Assembly: GCA_044350115.1 (NCBI GenBank)
Contig: JBILIE010000001.1
Span: forward strand, 1-29,105
From: Rickettsiales bacterium
GTDB taxonomy: Bacteria > Pseudomonadota > Alphaproteobacteria > Rickettsiales > JALZUV01
Direction: 5' to 3'
DNA: 29,105 bases
Shown: one piece after another, positions 26,202 through 29,105 of the stretch
How positions within the stretch are numbered: the stretch's first letter is position 1
How the letters are laid out: each line of letters starts with the position of its first letter
Notes under the pieces: generated by a model
Told to the model about the DNA's origin: nothing
Database searches by the model: none
What the model saw: only the letters and a program-made list of their open reading frames with translations
Made by a program: the position numbers and the translations under genes

Positions 26202-26669
26202 TTAAGCAATCGCAAACTGCCCATCTACCTCAACGGCCACACCGAAGGGCAGTTGCGCCACGCTTACGGCAAAGCGTGCATGGTTGCCTTTTTCGCCGAA
26301 CAGATCTTTAAACAACGTAGAAACGCCATTCGCCACTTTCGGCGCATCGGTGAAATCGTCGGGGCTATTCACAAAAATGCCGAGGCGAATCACCTGTTGC
26401 ACTTTGCTCAAATCGCCACCGCAAGCCGCACGCAATTGCGCGAGAATGTTGATACCGCACAAACGCGCCGCTTCTTGGCCTTGTTCAATCGTAAATTCGC
26501 GGCCGACTTTGCCGATAAATTGTGGCGCGCCGTCTTTCAGCGGCAAGGTGCCCGAAAGCGTCACCACGCCATTATGCACGGTGTACGGTACATAGGCCGC
26601 ACCTGCGAGGGGTTTAGCTTCTGGCAAAGTTACGCCCAGTTCTTCTAATTTTTTGGCAACAGCAGTCAT
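26202..26669 (-). CDS. RidA/YjgF family protein (YjgF_YER057c_UK114-like)
   Basis: AAYVPY, SGTLP, ARLCGINILAQL, VANGVS.LF..LFGE.G.HARFAV.VAQLP.GVAVEV; SD GGAG. Confidence 0.93.
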   Translation of the reverse strand: MTAVAKKLEELGVTLPEAKPLAGAAYVPYTVHNGVVTLSGTLPLKDGAPQFIGKVGREFTIEQGQEAARLCGINILAQLRAACGGDLSKVQQVIRLGIFVNSPDDFTDAPKVANGVSTLFKDLFGEKGNHARFAVSVAQLPFGVAVEVDGQFAIA

Positions 26670-26692
26670 TTTTTATTCTCCTTGGTTGTGTC

Positions 26693-26770
26693 CCGTCTTT
26701 GCGAGGAGGTTTGCCGACGAAGCAATCCAGACTGGATTACCGCGCTCACTTCGTTCACTCGCAATGACGG
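26693..26770. repeat. Palindromic element R2, copy 2
   Basis: Terminal inverted repeat CCGTCTTTGCGAG / CTCGCAATGACGG with internal AATCCAG-A-CTGGATT hairpin. Confidence 0.8.
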
Positions 26771-26784
26771 ATTAAGTAACGTTG

Positions 26785-26800
26785 CTAACGATTTTTTAAC
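26785..26800 (+). promoter_or_regulatory. Candidate CtrA-binding box upstream of the virB2-like pilin
   Basis: CTAA-CGATTTT-TTAAC, one mismatch to TTAA-N7-TTAAC. Confidence 0.4.
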
Positions 26801-26955
26801 CTTTCCTCGTTTAGGGTGGTAGCTGTGAGATCGCAATATGAATTTTGTGTGAACATATGCTTTTGCCCTAAACTGTCATAAAATTTTCATATGAGAGTGC
26901 TAAGGATAAAGTGTAAGTTCTGCATACAAGAACAAAAACTGAAGGAGAGAAACCA

Positions 26956-27357
26956 ATGAATAACCAAAAAATGTCTCAGGAAACCATCGACCTGCTCTGG
27001 CGTGGCTTTCTGGCAATCATGATTGCGCTCACGGTGATGTATTTGCCGATGGATGCGTGGGCTCAGTTTCAAACCCCAGGTTCGGCAGGTAATGGTACAG
27101 GTAAGGGTTCCGCTTTAGATACTGCATTTTGTAACGTGATTAACTGGTTCAACGGACCGATTGGTAAAGGTATCGCCACCATCGCCATTGTCGTGGTGGG
27201 CGTAGGTGCTTTGATGGGTAAAGTCAGCTGGGGTATGGCGATTATTGTTGGCCTTGGCGTTGCTCTCATCTTTGGTGCAACCACGATTGTGGGCGCACTC
27301 GGTGGTATTGGTAATGATGATTGCCAACAAGGCGCGCTTTCAGGCAACCAACTCTAA
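26956..27357 (+). CDS. virB2: TrbC/VirB2 family pilin (Rickettsiales rvhB2-like)
   Basis: Leader ending AWA-Q, then FCNVINWFNGPIGKGIATIAIVVVGVGALMGKVSWGMAIIVGLGVALIFGA..IV..L and a second Cys; SD AAGGAG. Confidence 0.88.
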   Translation: MNNQKMSQETIDLLWRGFLAIMIALTVMYLPMDAWAQFQTPGSAGNGTGKGSALDTAFCNVINWFNGPIGKGIATIAIVVVGVGALMGKVSWGMAIIVGLGVALIFGATTIVGALGGIGNDDCQQGALSGNQL

Positions 27358-27373
27358 CCCGCGACAACAAAAA

Positions 27374-27407
27374 ACAAAAAAAGGCGGCCTTCGGGTCGCC
27401 TTTTTTT
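27374..27407 (+). terminator. Intrinsic (probably bidirectional) terminator after virB2
   Basis: AAAAAAAGGCGGCC-TTCG-GGTCGCCTTTTTTT: GC stem, cUUCGg loop, A-run and T-run on either side. Confidence 0.9.
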
Positions 27408-27433
27408 GTTGTGCAGAGTACTGTCACAAAAGC

Positions 27434-27466
27434 TTAACTTTTTTATAAGCTTAGTTGCGGTATACT
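27434..27466 (+). promoter_or_regulatory. Candidate promoter of the terminal ORF: TTAA-N7-ATAA box over the -35 position plus TATACT -10
   Basis: TTAACTTTTTTATAA (27434-27448) within AGCTTA..TAAGCT dyad; TATACT 27461-27466; GGAG SD at 27485. Confidence 0.4.
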
Positions 27467-27496
27467 GAGAAAGGTAGAAAACGTGGAGATTGTAAG

Positions 27497-29105
27497 ATGG
27501 CAAGTTGGCTCGAACAACAGAGTGCAAAATTAAAAGTCGGAGCATTGCTTCTGCTCAATACCGTTCCTTCTTTCGCAAGTGGAGCGACTGCAACGTTTAA
27601 CGCATTTCGTAGCCCCGAAGCGATTGTGCAAACAGCGGGTAACCCAGAAGACGCAAAAAAAATAATTGATACCTTTTTAAATGCAGTTGCCAATATGCCA
27701 AAAGGGAATTTTGCTGATGCGTGGAATAGTTTTCAGCGCGATCATGCCATTGAAGCAAACGCTCTTGAGCATGAAACTCGGTTGCGTTCAAATGCCTATG
27801 GCGGTGACTTGCACTATATTCTTAGCGATATGTGGAAGCACAAAGATGGTTTGTGGAATACAGAATACAATACTGCGATTGCGAATGCAAAGATAGCAGA
27901 AGCGCAAATGGTAGCAGACTCTCCAAAATCCACCACCCAAGGCCAAAACCAAACCACAGCGGGTGCTTCCGCTGCGGTTCCGTTGGAGCCTCAGGCGGCG
28001 TATGAACAATTCGTCAATACACTGGCAAAAACGGTGCTGGATGAGAAAAATAACGTCAGACGGTTAGCTGCGGCAAAAGACGCAGTGATTGATCTAAAAG
28101 CCACCAATCTAGAGGTTTATGATTCGCTTTTGGTTAATGCGGGCGTTACCACAAAGCTTAGAGCCGACAATAAAGCGGCTGAATTCGTGATTACAATGGT
28201 CGACGATGAGAATGAAGTAGAGCTGACGAAGCTCGGCGAGCAAGTCAAAGGAATACAACAAGCCGTTGCCAAAGAACATCTGCAGGAAATGGTAGAAGCC
28301 ATCGGCGGTGCGAATGCAATGGGCGTGTTACTGGGCAAAGACATTAAAGAAATCAAAAAGGCCAAAAACCAGAATCGTATGCGCGATGCGACGGGCACCA
28401 TTGCCCGTACTGCGGTCAATACTCTGTTTAATGCGGTGCTGGGGCAAGCGGAAGATGTTGCTGGCCGAAGTAATGCACCCAAAGTGGGTGAAGCCATTGG
28501 CAATATGCGCGATATTTTTGAGCGTGCAACGGGTACGCGGGAGGTTGGCTACGCTCAAAATGATGTCTGGAGCGAAATTCAAAACCAATGGAACCAGACC
28601 GAAAGTATTAAAGATGAGGTTGCGCGCGCGAAAGCGCAACAACGCGTAATGTTAAAAATGGAAGCGCAGATGCGCAAAGATTGCCGTGATTATTGCCGCA
28701 AGAATAATATTACTAACGCTGACATGGAAAAAATGATCAATGAAGCCGTGAAACAATCCAAAGACGACCTCGGCATCACTGCGGCGGAATCAACACGTCA
28801 TGATTACAACAGCCTAGAAGGCACTGAACAACGTTGGTCAGCAGAGTTTAAATATCCTCTGTCTAACGAGATGCTGGATACGCTTCATGGGTTACACCAA
28901 CAAGTAGCAATCACCGAGGCCGCTGAAAAAGCAGCCACAGGAGAGGCCGCTTACGCCGCTATCGACACAACCGACGCTGCGCGCAATGCATTTGCCGCGC
29001 AGATACGTGAATTCCACGCAGAAGATACCGCCATGGGCAGCAGCCCCAGAAGCATCCGAAAATCTGCGGCAGAAAACACTGTGGGCTTTGCAGGCGTTGA
29101 CTACG
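27497..29105 (+). CDS. Large hypothetical protein, >536 aa, truncated by the window end (absent from the ORF track)
   Basis: Hand translation is open with no stop from ATG 27497 (MASWLEQQSAKLKVGALLLLNTVPSFASG...) to base 29105; SD GGAG; Ala/Glu/Lys-rich, helix-like composition. Confidence 0.85.
   Translation, partial: MASWLEQQSAKLKVGALLLLNTVPSFASGATATFNAFRSPEAIVQTAGNPEDAKKIIDTFLNAVANMPKGNFADAWNSFQRDHAIEANALEHETRLRSNAYGGDLHYILSDMWKHKDGLWNTEYNTAIANAKIAEAQMVADSPKSTTQGQNQTTAGASAAVPLEPQAAYEQFVNTLAKTVLDEKNNVRRLAAAKDAVIDLKATNLEVYDSLLVNAGVTTKLRADNKAAEFVITMVDDENEVELTKLGEQVKGIQQAVAKEHLQEMVEAIGGANAMGVLLGKDIKEIKKAKNQNRMRDATGTIARTAVNTLFNAVLGQAEDVAGRSNAPKVGEAIGNMRDIFERATGTREVGYAQNDVWSEIQNQWNQTESIKDEVARAKAQQRVMLKMEAQMRKDCRDYCRKNNITNADMEKMINEAVKQSKDDLGITAAESTRHDYNSLEGTEQRWSAEFKYPLSNEMLDTLHGLHQQVAITEAAEKAATGEAAYAAIDTTDAARNAFAAQIREFHAEDTAMGSSPRSIRKSAAENTVGFAGVDY

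Noticed and set aside
26895-26903. CIRCE (HrcA) operator upstream of virB2
   Set aside because: Only the GAGTGCTAA half-site is present; there is no TTAGCACTC 9 nt upstream
192-28649. The many short or antisense ORFs in the track (e.g. 192-437, 2567-3058, 6251-6832, 8128-8715, 22617-23153, 28308-28649)
   Set aside because: They overlap well-supported genes on the other strand or frame and show no family motifs

Overview
Mostly housekeeping chromosome of an alphaproteobacterium. The GshA type, the VirB2/TrbC pilin with paired Cys, the Rickettsia-like PcaH homologue, Coq7 and the alpha-type SspB point to a Rickettsiales-affiliated lineage. It still encodes purQ, lysC, ispG and a flagellin (lineage is inference). 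Gene order: dnaK(3' part)-dnaJ (interrupted by an in-frame TAG); rpmH-rnpA-yidD-yidC-GNAT-engB; two orphan genes; rpsB-tsf; an orphan; purQ-intradiol dioxygenase-like-dsbB-coq7; ispG-RodZ-like-flavin oxidoreductase; a small membrane ORF; lysC; a divergent flagellin; SAM methyltransferase; solo Mrr-like endonuclease; gshA-rsmE; ubiA-sspB-tadA; ridA; virB2-like pilin; and a >536-aa ORF (27497 to the window end) missing from the ORF track. The most unusual signals are mostly non-coding. (1) A ~60-85 bp dispersed repeat occurs six times. One copy sits in frame inside the methyltransferase as a ~28-aa insertion, and two copies carry the Shine-Dalgarno of tsf and purQ. (2) A duplicated 3' end of gshA flanks the solo restriction-endonuclease gene. 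(3) Several short-period tandem or palindromic arrays contain stop codons, and one is translated inside ubiA. (4) dnaJ has a premature amber codon. No tRNA, rRNA, CRISPR array or transposase was found.
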